A stretch of DNA of 36,049 nt from Capsulimonadales bacterium. Lineage in GTDB: Bacteria > Armatimonadota > Armatimonadia > Armatimonadales > Armatimonadaceae. Both the position numbers and the translations under genes were made by a program. The stretch lies in the NCBI GenBank assembly GCA_033762295.1, contig JANRLW010000122.1:1-36049 (forward strand), in the 5' to 3' direction. Shown in pieces: positions 1-9,386 of this stretch. The notes below the pieces were generated by a model, which ran no database searches, was not told the DNA's origin, and saw nothing but the letters and a program-made list of their open reading frames with translations. Every line of letters begins with the position of its first letter. Within the stretch, counting starts at the first letter, position 1.

Positions 1-371
1 AGCACCGCCGCCCGGTCGTCACCGTCCTCGATCTTTCGCACGAAGGATTCGTAACCCGCGCCGAAGGTGATCAGTCCTACCGTGTCGCCGACACTGCACC
101 CGTAACGAAGGATATTACTGGTTGCCTCCCGCGCCCGATTCCACATCTCGAAACCCTTCATCGACCCGGAAACATCCATGATCAAAAACACGGATTTGTT
201 TTTCCGGGGACGAAGTTCACGGATCGGACCGGCGGCCTCCCCCAGTTCCGCCAATTCCTCGGCGGTCAGATCGAGGCCGGAGGACTCCTGCGCCCGCAGC
301 GGCGCGAACGATAGCAGCATCGCGCACACCAGCAGAAATGACGAAAGAACGTGTCGACGCCGTTGTCGCAC
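1..371 (-). CDS. Exported von Willebrand factor A (VWA) domain protein, 5' part only (runs off the window start)
   Basis: Not in the ORF track. Manual translation from GTG at 371: VRQRRRHVLSSFLLVCAMLLSFAPLRAQESS...KSVFLIMDVSGSMKG...GDTVGLITFG. Signal peptide, MIDAS DxSxS motif and the typical VWA 'D-x-V-G-L-I-x-F' strand. TACAAT box at 410-415 upstream. Confidence 0.85.
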   Translation of the reverse strand, partial: MRQRRRHVLSSFLLVCAMLLSFAPLRAQESSGLDLTAEELAELGEAAGPIRELRPRKNKSVFLIMDVSGSMKGFEMWNRAREATSNILRYGCSVGDTVGLITFGAGYESFVRKIEDGDDRAAV

Positions 372-464
372 GCATGAGATGAGCGGTGCCAAATAATTCA
401 TACCTTCATATTGTACGCCATTTCTCTCGTGCATATTCCCGTCCCTCGCCTGCCGGCAACGACC

Positions 465-1862
465 TCATTGCCGGAGCAGGTGAAGGCACAGTGGCACCAG
501 ACCGACCGGGACCAGCAACAGAAGCCCCGCCAGCACGGCGCAACCGGGTCCGCCCGAGATTTTCGGCGCGTTCGCCGGAAACGGTGGCCCGGCGGCGGCA
601 GGGGCCGGAGCGGTCGCCTGACTGTTCAGCGTGGTCGGACCGCCGACCGAATCGACCATCACCCGCACCTCCGAAACATGTTTCTCCCGGATCGGGTTCG
701 CCGCGCCATCGGTCCCTCCGGTCCGTTCCAGCGTCAGATATACCTCGCTCCGATACTCGCCCGGCGTCAATCGCGCCGCCGAAATCGCGAATTCGAGCGT
801 CTCCGCGCCACTGACCGGAATCGCGAGCGGCAACGTGATCGGTCGAACGTTGAGCCAGGCATGCTGTGTGGCAACCATCCGGACGAGAATCGGCTGTGGC
901 GCCTCGTTTCGAATGTGCAGACCGACGACCCCGCCGCCACCCTGCGGTACGTGAACGCCCTGCGGCAGAAGAGAGACCGTGACCGGGGGCGGCACGGTTT
1001 CGACCGGAGCGGACGACTCCTCCGCCGGTGACGGCGACGGTCGGGTTCCCGGCATCTCCAGACGGGGGATACCGATGGTCGTGGGCGGTTCGCTCGCCGG
1101 CTCCTGCGGCATCAGGGTCGGGACGCCGTCCTTGGGGCGACTCATTCCGGGGGTGTTCGCGGCGAGTTTCTCCAGAGAGTTCAGGATCTCGCGCAGATCC
1201 TCCGAGGAATCGCTGCGCCGGATCAATCCCTCGATCCGTCCCCGAACGGCAAGGTTGGAAAACGCCCCGCCGGTCGGCAGATAGGCGGCCAGAACGCTAC
1301 CCAGCGCCCGAACGTCCCCGGCGGCGGTCGCCTTCCCCGCATAGTTCGGCTGATGGCGCGGCGCGTTCGGATCGGTGGTGGCGTAATCGAGAAGCAATAA
1401 CCGCCCGTCGTCGGCAATCAGGATATTCTCCGGAGAGATCCCGGCATGGACTACCCCCTGCCCGTGGGCGTAGGTCAACGCGTCGAGCAGCGGCAGAAGC
1501 AGTTTTCTCAGCAGTTCGGGGCCGGGCCGCTCGCCGCTCGCGGTGGTCAGCGCCTGTCGGAGATTCTTCCCTCGCACCACATCGCGGGCGATATAGAGAA
1601 ACCCGCCGTCGGCGAGCCAGCGACGCGGCGGGAGAATCTGGGGGTGCGCCAACTGCAACGCTTCGGTCGCGCGCGCCTTGCGCGAACCGGTCCCCGCGCC
1701 CTCCCGCACCCGTTTGACAATGACCGGGCGGGGCGCGCCGTCCGGTCCGATATCTCCGGCAAGCCACGCTTTGACACCGGGCGTCGGTGTTTCGACCTCG
1801 CCCGGACTGTCGAACAGCGCCAGGATGCGGGCATCGCTTTCCGGGATCGTCTCAGAGGCCAC
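465..1862 (-). CDS. Ser/Thr protein kinase-like (probable pseudokinase) with Pro-rich linker, BACON/Ig-like domain and C-terminal membrane anchor
   Basis: Kinase landmarks VIVK, LAHPQI, HAGISPENILI, LDYA, GDVRALG. Start moved to GTG at 1862 because AGGAGG precedes it and it overlaps the upstream stop. Hydrophobic C-terminus CAVLAGLLLLVPVGLVPL. Confidence 0.8.
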   Translation of the reverse strand: MASETIPESDARILALFDSPGEVETPTPGVKAWLAGDIGPDGAPRPVIVKRVREGAGTGSRKARATEALQLAHPQILPPRRWLADGGFLYIARDVVRGKNLRQALTTASGERPGPELLRKLLLPLLDALTYAHGQGVVHAGISPENILIADDGRLLLLDYATTDPNAPRHQPNYAGKATAAGDVRALGSVLAAYLPTGGAFSNLAVRGRIEGLIRRSDSSEDLREILNSLEKLAANTPGMSRPKDGVPTLMPQEPASEPPTTIGIPRLEMPGTRPSPSPAEESSAPVETVPPPVTVSLLPQGVHVPQGGGGVVGLHIRNEAPQPILVRMVATQHAWLNVRPITLPLAIPVSGAETLEFAISAARLTPGEYRSEVYLTLERTGGTDGAANPIREKHVSEVRVMVDSVGGPTTLNSQATAPAPAAAGPPFPANAPKISGGPGCAVLAGLLLLVPVGLVPLCLHLLRQ

Positions 1863-3567
1863 GGTCGGCCTCCTGCGGACGTTCGTAGGCCAGCGCGTAC
1901 AGCACCCCGTTGGTCGCCGCCACAAACAGAAGACCGTCGGCGAAGGCGGGCGCGGCCACAATCTGCGAACCGGCGGTCGCCGTTTCATAAGCCTTTTCCA
2001 GGGGACGTCCGGCGGCCGCCCCGTACACCGAGCCGTCGAGACAGCCGAACAAGAGCGTTCCGTTCGCCACGACCGGCGCGGAGCGAACCGGTTGTCGGGT
2101 CGGATACCGACGCACCGACCGTCCCTGGGCGCTGACCAGGTGCAGGCCGTCGTCGGCCGGCAGATAGATCAATGTCGAGTCTCCGGCGGGCGTTCCGGCG
2201 AACGGCGCATTGGTGACGGCCAGATTCCAGATCTCCTCCCCGGACGCGACCTGTCGGCAGACCAGATTCCCGGACGCCGTCGCCGAATAGACGCGCTCTC
2301 CAAGGACGACCGGGGCGGCATTGAACGTCGTCTCCGGATGGGCCAGGGCGTGAAGCACGACGCCGGTCTTCAGATCGGCGATGGTCAGCGTCCCACGATC
2401 GTCGTGGACGAACGCCCGACCGTCGGCGGCGGCGGGAGCGCAGTCAGGCGGTCCGGGTAGCGGAATGCGGTGCAGGATTTCGCCGTTCGCGCTGTTCAGC
2501 ACAAAGAGAACGCCACCGGGTTCGCCCGGTGTTTCCGCCATGGTGGCGACCAGCAACGGTTCGTCGCCGCCGATCGGCGTCACCGCTCCGTAGACGCGCC
2601 CCGGCAGTCGTCGTTCCCAGAGGCGGGTTCCGCGCTGCGCGTCCAGCGCCAGGCACACGCCTTCGATGGTCGCCGCGTACAGCCGCCCACCGGACAGGGC
2701 GACGCCACCCCGGTCCGGGTAGACGGGCGCTTCCAGCGGGTACGGTTCCCAGAGCGTCGCGCCGTTTTTCGCCTCGAACCCGAAGATATGGGCGTCTCCG
2801 TCCGGGGTCGCGGCGGCGGCGGCCACGATTCCGTAGGCTGAGGCGGGCGCACTCCAGAGCAGAGCCTTTTCCCGGCGCAAGGGGGGAGCGGTCGGATAGG
2901 ACCAGCGGCGGGCGAGGGCGGGCAGGGCCGGCGTTGTCACGGTGCCCCGGTGGGCGGGACCCCCTCCGAGCATGCCCCAGTCCGGTTCCGCCCGGAGAAT
3001 ATGCTCGGAATCGCGGAGGCATCGACGCGCCAGCCAGGAGTTGAGCGTTCCGCAGACCGGACAGGGGCGCAGACGTTCGTAACAGTACGGACAGAACTCC
3101 GGGACGTGGTTGGCGTCCCCGGCGGCAATCGCCTCGTCGAGGGACCGTTTGCAGTTGGGACAGGAGGCGGCGGGAAGCACGACGAACACGTCGCCCGTCT
3201 CGGGCAACGTCGTCGCACCGCCGAACGACGCCGGGTACAGACGCTGATACGCCAGTCGGATCGGTCCCGAGGCCGGACCTCCGGCCCGAAGAGCCGCTTT
3301 GGCTTTTGTCACATCGGCGCGAACTACGACACTCTGCCGCTCCTTCGGTCCGAGCGCCACCTCGGTCGGCACGACGGACAGCCAGTCGGCCCCGGCGGTA
3401 AGCCGGACATGGAGTACGGCGGGGTGCGGGTTTCGAAGGGCGAACCGGAGCAGACGAATGCCACCGGCAACATAATCGGCGGGGGCGACGGTCACCTGGC
3501 GAGAATCGGCGGGAAAGTCCGGCGCCTCCGGCGCGGCGGCAGCGGACACGGGCGCAGCGTTCGGCAC
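1852..3567 (-). CDS. PQQ-like (BamB-type) beta-propeller protein with N-terminal BACON/Ig-like domain and Zn ribbons
   Basis: Repeated propeller blades (ALDAQRGTRLWE, GFEAKNGATLWE, SGEEIWN, SAPVV), WGMLGGGPAHRG propeller start motif, CPNC/CPYC/CPVC knuckles. GAGGAGG-like SD before the GTG start. Confidence 0.85.
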   Translation of the reverse strand: MPNAAPVSAAAAPEAPDFPADSRQVTVAPADYVAGGIRLLRFALRNPHPAVLHVRLTAGADWLSVVPTEVALGPKERQSVVVRADVTKAKAALRAGGPASGPIRLAYQRLYPASFGGATTLPETGDVFVVLPAASCPNCKRSLDEAIAAGDANHVPEFCPYCYERLRPCPVCGTLNSWLARRCLRDSEHILRAEPDWGMLGGGPAHRGTVTTPALPALARRWSYPTAPPLRREKALLWSAPASAYGIVAAAAATPDGDAHIFGFEAKNGATLWEPYPLEAPVYPDRGGVALSGGRLYAATIEGVCLALDAQRGTRLWERRLPGRVYGAVTPIGGDEPLLVATMAETPGEPGGVLFVLNSANGEILHRIPLPGPPDCAPAAADGRAFVHDDRGTLTIADLKTGVVLHALAHPETTFNAAPVVLGERVYSATASGNLVCRQVASGEEIWNLAVTNAPFAGTPAGDSTLIYLPADDGLHLVSAQGRSVRRYPTRQPVRSAPVVANGTLLFGCLDGSVYGAAAGRPLEKAYETATAGSQIVAAPAFADGLLFVAATNGVLYALAYERPQEADRGL

Positions 3568-3602
3568 GGACCTCTCCTCAAAAGGCGGATTTCAAGCAGA
3601 GA

Positions 3603-3631
3603 ATTGTAACATTTCACCGCGCCGTTTTCAA
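3603..3631 (-). promoter_or_regulatory. sigma70-type promoter for the propeller-pseudokinase operon
   Basis: Minus strand TTGAAA-N17-TACAAT with extended -10 TG, about 36 nt upstream of the 3567 start. Confidence 0.7.
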
Positions 3632-3858
3632 CGCCCCGTTCCGGAGGCACGACCGGACTCCACGCTTCCTGCAAAGGGACTTTCGTAAACTCCTGATTGC
3701 TCCGGTTCGTGGGGGGACGGATTCGTGTCCGGACGGGCAGTGTCGAAGGCGACTACCGCCTCGATGCGTTTGGCAATGCCCTGCCCGGCGGACGGAACCG
3801 TCTTCTCCCGCAAACCGTAGGTAGACTGTCACCGGAGCGTCGGTAGGAGGGACTCGAC

Positions 3859-4347
3859 ATCGACAGTACGCTGAAATACCTGGCCGACGTCATTTCGGCC
3901 TATACGATCAATCCCGTTCTGCTCGCCCTGATCGCGCAGGAGCCGTTGCTACATCCGCAGGCGACCGCACGGGAACGTTTCCGCATCACCGCCGCGTTCT
4001 GGGGACGGTCCCTTCTCGGACTGGGCGTCGCCGTAGCCCTCGCCGAACTGGGTAAAGCGACCGAGGTCTGGCCGGGCCACCCTCTCTTTCCGAGCGGACA
4101 CACCACCTTTGCCATGTCCGCGGCCACCTGCATCGTACTTCAGCGCGGAAAAGGCTGGCTCTGGCTCCTCGTGCCGATCGTTGGCCTGATGGGCGTCTGT
4201 CTCGTCTACGGTCAATGGCATACGCCGGACGAGGTCGCCGGCGGTCTGGTCGTTGGGAGCGTCGTTCCCCGACTTCTTTGGAAGCTCAGCACACTTCCCT
4301 TCGTCCGCCGGACCGCCCGGCCTGTTTCCGCCGATCTTCGGGTATAA
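3859..4347 (+). CDS. PAP2-superfamily membrane protein (minimal, degenerate motifs)
   Basis: FPSGH motif and H-x3-E (WHTPDEV), several TM helices. Start uncertain: track gives TTG 3946, but the frame is open back to an ATC at 3859 lying 8 nt after AGGAGG. Confidence 0.75.
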   Translation: MDSTLKYLADVISAYTINPVLLALIAQEPLLHPQATARERFRITAAFWGRSLLGLGVAVALAELGKATEVWPGHPLFPSGHTTFAMSAATCIVLQRGKGWLWLLVPIVGLMGVCLVYGQWHTPDEVAGGLVVGSVVPRLLWKLSTLPFVRRTARPVSADLRV

Positions 4348-4378
4348 CAGGCCGAAACCAACTGTTCGGGAGACTGTC

Positions 4379-5734
<1,356 letters not shown>

Positions 5735-5791
5735 TCGGAAGGAGCCGTCGTGCCCCTCCCGGAAAACCGTCGTTTTGCATAGGGCGGACGC

Positions 5792-5821
5792 TTGACGAAG
5801 AGTGGTGATAAATGTTAAAAT
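5792..5821 (+). promoter_or_regulatory. sigma70-type promoter upstream of the candidate ncRNA
   Basis: TTGACG (5792-5797)-N18-TAAAAT (5816-5821) with extended -10 TG. Confidence 0.7.
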
Positions 5822-5824
5822 GTC

Positions 5825-6157
5825 ACTGCATCTGAAGGCATCCCCCAGTTGCTCCACCGAACCGTTTCGGCCTTGTGTCGTAAGGAGACGAGAGTAATGT
5901 TAGGACGGCGCGGGTGTAATCTTAACTCCGGGAGGTGGTGGCTAATGGTTCACAGTCATAGTCTCCGGGGGGGTCTCGCGGGTTAGTTTTAGCCCTCGGC
6001 TCGGCCTGCTCCTGTGACCGGTCGGAACGCCCGGCGTTCCGCGCCGATTACGTGAGGTTGTCGTATGACCGTTTTGGGGTCATGAACGAAACCCAGGGGC
6101 GAGCCCCCTCGAACGTGAGACCCCGGTAGCCCTGCGCATCCGGGGTCAGCGTGTAGT
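5825..6157 (+). ncRNA. Candidate large structured non-coding RNA (~330 nt), family not identified
   Basis: Own promoter; ends complementary (5825-5835 with 6146-6157); nested helices 5970-5980/6114-6124, 5998-6002/6101-6105, 6008-6014/6094-6100; several internal hairpins; no long plus-strand ORF. Confidence 0.65.
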
Positions 6158-6192
6158 TCTTCCGTTCCCTCTCCTTGTTCCGCTCTTCGACA

Positions 6193-6201
6193 TGCTATAA
6201 T
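6193..6201 (+). promoter_or_regulatory. Extended -10 promoter for the hypothetical gene/priA
   Basis: TGCTATAAT, a perfect TGn-TATAAT. Confidence 0.6.
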
Positions 6202-6259
6202 GTCCGATACCGTCCGCCATTACCGGCGTGACCCTCCACGACACGGAGAGCAAAACATC

Positions 6260-6763
6260 ATGACCGATTTTTCTCCCTCGCGTAATGTCGCCTATGCCCG
6301 CGTCTGGACGGCGGCGGCAACCCCGGTTCTGCCCGCCGATCTGGCCGAAAACCTGTACGGGCGAGGATTTATGCCCGGTTTCACCGACCCGGAAGGTAAA
6401 AACGCTCCCCTGATGGAAGCCGGTCTGGCCGAAGCGGTCTTCGCGGTCGGCAGCGACGGTTACCGGGTCGTCAACCTGACCTCCTCGCGCGGCGAAGGGT
6501 GTCGCGTCTCCGTCCACCCGTCCGAGGCCGGCGATCTTCCCGACGACTACCTCGCCCGACGCACCGTGCCGCGCCCGCGCCTGTGTTATATCGTCACCGC
6601 CGGCGGCCCGGCCCATAGCGACCGTAACCTCTGCGAGAATATCGCCGAAGCCCTGATGCTGATGACCAACGGCCTGACGGAGATCGGCGGCCTCGGGATG
6701 AAAGGCAATCGCCCGACCCTGCACAATTCGTCCTGGGTCGGCTCGATCAAAACCGTCTCCTGA
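6260..6763 (+). CDS. Hypothetical protein (167 aa)
   Basis: Coding-like codon usage and GGAGAG SD before ATG 6260. No family recognised. Confidence 0.75.
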   Translation: MTDFSPSRNVAYARVWTAAATPVLPADLAENLYGRGFMPGFTDPEGKNAPLMEAGLAEAVFAVGSDGYRVVNLTSSRGEGCRVSVHPSEAGDLPDDYLARRTVPRPRLCYIVTAGGPAHSDRNLCENIAEALMLMTNGLTEIGGLGMKGNRPTLHNSSWVGSIKTVS

Positions 6764-6800
6764 ACCGCATCGGTTGCCGTTCGGGATGCGGTAGCATAGA

Positions 6801-9386
6801 GTGTCCATGGTCGATCCCTCCCCGCCCGTCGCCGATCCCCGTGAACTGACCCTGTTCGCCGCAGTCGTCGTCGGGGTTGACGCGCCCGGATTGCGCCAGC
6901 CGTTCACCTACCGGGTCCCCGACTCCCTGCGTCCCCTGCTCGCGGTCGGTACCTGTGTCGTGGTGCCGTTCGGCTATCAGGAGGCGATCGGGTTCGTTCT
7001 CGCCCTGTCCGAACGCGCCCCGGACCATCTTGAAGCGGAAACGATCAAGGATGTCGCCGGTCTCGTCACCGGCGAAGGCGCGCACCTGCCGGACGCCGTC
7101 CTGAAAACCGCGCAATGGATGTCGCGGAACTACCTCACCGATCTGGCGCTCTGCGTCCGTACCGTCGTTCCCGACGCCCAGACCGCCCATATCCATCGCC
7201 GTTACCGATTGGCGCCCGACTGGGCCGAATGCTGGCAGGATCGCCTGGCGGAGATACGAACCGCCACCCATCGGGATGTCGTACGGGTTCTCGGGGAACG
7301 CCCCGAACGGGCCGGAACCGAGGCGCAGATTGCCGACGCGCTGAACGGCGCGAAGCTGACCTCCCCGCTTTCCCTGCTTCGACAACGGGGCGTGCTGATC
7401 GACGAATGGCGGGTCGACCCGCCCAAAATCGGGGCGAAGCAGGTAAAAGCGATCCGCCTCCTTCCGAACTGGGACGAAGCCGAAAGTATCGCCGCCACCT
7501 GGGAGGTCGCCCTGGCCGGAGCGACCGACAGGGAACGGAAAAGCCTGGAAGGGCGCGTTCGACTGCTTCGCACGCTGATCGAATCGGGGGGTGGGCCGAT
7601 CCCGACCGCCGAACTGCTGGCCCGGACGGACGCGACCGCCGTTCACCTGAAGAAACTGGAAGCCGGGAACCTGGTCGAAACCGAAACGATCACCCTTCGG
7701 CGCAAGCCGTTCAAACTGGCGGGCGGCGCGGCGGTGCCACCGATGCCGACCGGCGAGCAGACGGCTGCCGTGGAGGCGGTCAAACAGCGACTGGACGGGC
7801 GCGAGGCGAACGTCGTCCTGCTCTACGGCGTCACCGGGTCCGGGAAGACGGAGGTTTACCTGCGTTCGATCGCCGAGACGCGCCGTCGGAAAAAAACCGC
7901 CCTTGTCCTGGTGCCGGAGATCGCCCTGACCGCGCAGGTGATGGACACGTTTCGCGCCCGGATCGGCGATCGGGTTGCGGTGCTGCACTCGGGGCTCTCG
8001 GCGGGGGAGCGTCGGGATGAATGGCAGAGGATCGGACGCGGCGAGGCGGACGTGGTCGTCGGGGCGCGTTCGGCGATCTTCGCCCCGCTGGAGAAGGTCG
8101 GCCTGATCGTCGTGGATGAGGAGCACGAAGCGTCCTACAAGCAGGACGCCGCGCCACGGTACCATGCCCGCGATGTCGCCATCGCCCGCGCTCGCGCGAC
8201 CGGGGCGACCGTTCTCCTCGGTTCGGCCACCCCGGCGATGGAATCGTTTTACCGGGCGGAAGCGGGTGAATGGGGCTTTTTACCGCTGCGGGAACGCGCC
8301 CTTTCCCGCCCGCTGCCGTCCGTGCAGATCATCGACCTGCGGGAGGGGTATAAGAAAGGCGATCCGCCCGGTATCTTCGCGCCGCCACTGATGGAGGCCA
8401 TAACCGACCGCCTGGCGAAACGTGAGCAGACGATTCTGTTTCTGAACCGTCGCGGTTACGCCCAGTTCCTGCTCTGCCGCGATTGCGGTTATACCACCCG
8501 CTGCCCGCACTGTGACGTCTCCCTCACCTTCCATTCCCGCGCCCGCCGCCTGATGTGCCATCACTGCGGTTTCGAGAAGGGTGCCCCGTCCGTCTGTCCC
8601 GTCTGCACCGGGGATCGTATCCGCCCGTTCGGCCTCGGCACCGAACGGATCGAAACCGAGGTTCGCGCGTTGTTCCCGGACGCCCGGGTGTTGCGGATGG
8701 ACCGCGACACGACGCAGCGGAAGGACGCCCACCTCTCGATGCTCAAAACGTTCCGCAACGGCGACGCCGATATTCTGATCGGGACCCAGATGGTGGCGAA
8801 GGGCCTGGACTTCGCCGGGGTGACGTTGGTCGGGGTCATCTCGGCGGATACCGCTTTGAATATGCCGGACTTTCGGGCGTCCGAACGGGCGTTTCAGTTG
8901 CTGACACAGGTTTCCGGTCGGGCGGGACGCGGTCGTAAGCCGGGCCATGTCATCGTCCAGACATTCAATCCGGAGCATGAATCGGTCGCGGCGGCGGCGG
9001 AGCACGATTACGAGACGTTCTACCGGCAGGAGATCGGCAACCGCCGGGAACTGGGATATCCGCCGTTCACCCGCCTTGCGAACATCATCGCCCAGGACGA
9101 GGACGGACGGCGGGCGGAGGCCGCCTTGCGTTCGCTGGCGGGCTTCCTTGGCGGCGGTTCCCGGTTGCTGGAAGGTCCGAAGGTCGGCGGGGACGACGAT
9201 CTTCAGGTGCTCGGTCCCGCTCCCTGCCCTCTTTCCCGGCTGCAGGAACGCTACCGCTGGCATCTGTTGTTGAAAGCCGGGGACATCGATACGCTCCGCT
9301 CCCGCATCCGCGCCGGCCTCGCGCAACTGACGGCCTCCGAACGCTCGCTCCTCCACATCGACATCGACCCGATGAGCCTGCTTTAG
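6801..9386 (+). CDS. priA: Primosomal protein N' (replication restart helicase)
   Basis: FTYRVP N-domain, GVTGSGKTEVY, VDEEHE, four CxxC Zn ligands, TQMVAKGLDF, QVSGRAGR, C-terminal DIDP. Start may be ATG 6807. Confidence 0.97.
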   Translation: MSMVDPSPPVADPRELTLFAAVVVGVDAPGLRQPFTYRVPDSLRPLLAVGTCVVVPFGYQEAIGFVLALSERAPDHLEAETIKDVAGLVTGEGAHLPDAVLKTAQWMSRNYLTDLALCVRTVVPDAQTAHIHRRYRLAPDWAECWQDRLAEIRTATHRDVVRVLGERPERAGTEAQIADALNGAKLTSPLSLLRQRGVLIDEWRVDPPKIGAKQVKAIRLLPNWDEAESIAATWEVALAGATDRERKSLEGRVRLLRTLIESGGGPIPTAELLARTDATAVHLKKLEAGNLVETETITLRRKPFKLAGGAAVPPMPTGEQTAAVEAVKQRLDGREANVVLLYGVTGSGKTEVYLRSIAETRRRKKTALVLVPEIALTAQVMDTFRARIGDRVAVLHSGLSAGERRDEWQRIGRGEADVVVGARSAIFAPLEKVGLIVVDEEHEASYKQDAAPRYHARDVAIARARATGATVLLGSATPAMESFYRAEAGEWGFLPLRERALSRPLPSVQIIDLREGYKKGDPPGIFAPPLMEAITDRLAKREQTILFLNRRGYAQFLLCRDCGYTTRCPHCDVSLTFHSRARRLMCHHCGFEKGAPSVCPVCTGDRIRPFGLGTERIETEVRALFPDARVLRMDRDTTQRKDAHLSMLKTFRNGDADILIGTQMVAKGLDFAGVTLVGVISADTALNMPDFRASERAFQLLTQVSGRAGRGRKPGHVIVQTFNPEHESVAAAAEHDYETFYRQEIGNRRELGYPPFTRLANIIAQDEDGRRAEAALRSLAGFLGGGSRLLEGPKVGGDDDLQVLGPAPCPLSRLQERYRWHLLLKAGDIDTLRSRIRAGLAQLTASERSLLHIDIDPMSLL

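Noticed and set aside
3614..3832. Small minus-strand ORFs 3614-3832 and 3628-3813
   Set aside because: No SD, no recognisable motif, and they run into the promoter at 3603-3631. A gene remnant cannot be excluded.
5825..6157. Standard or permuted tmRNA, RNase P RNA or SRP RNA as the identity of the structured RNA
   Set aside because: GCTCCACC (5851-58) and GGGGCGA (6096-6102) loosely resemble tmRNA ends, but there is no T-arm and no tag ORF ending in Ala-Ala. No GAGGAAAGTCC or SRP GGAA-loop motif on either strand.
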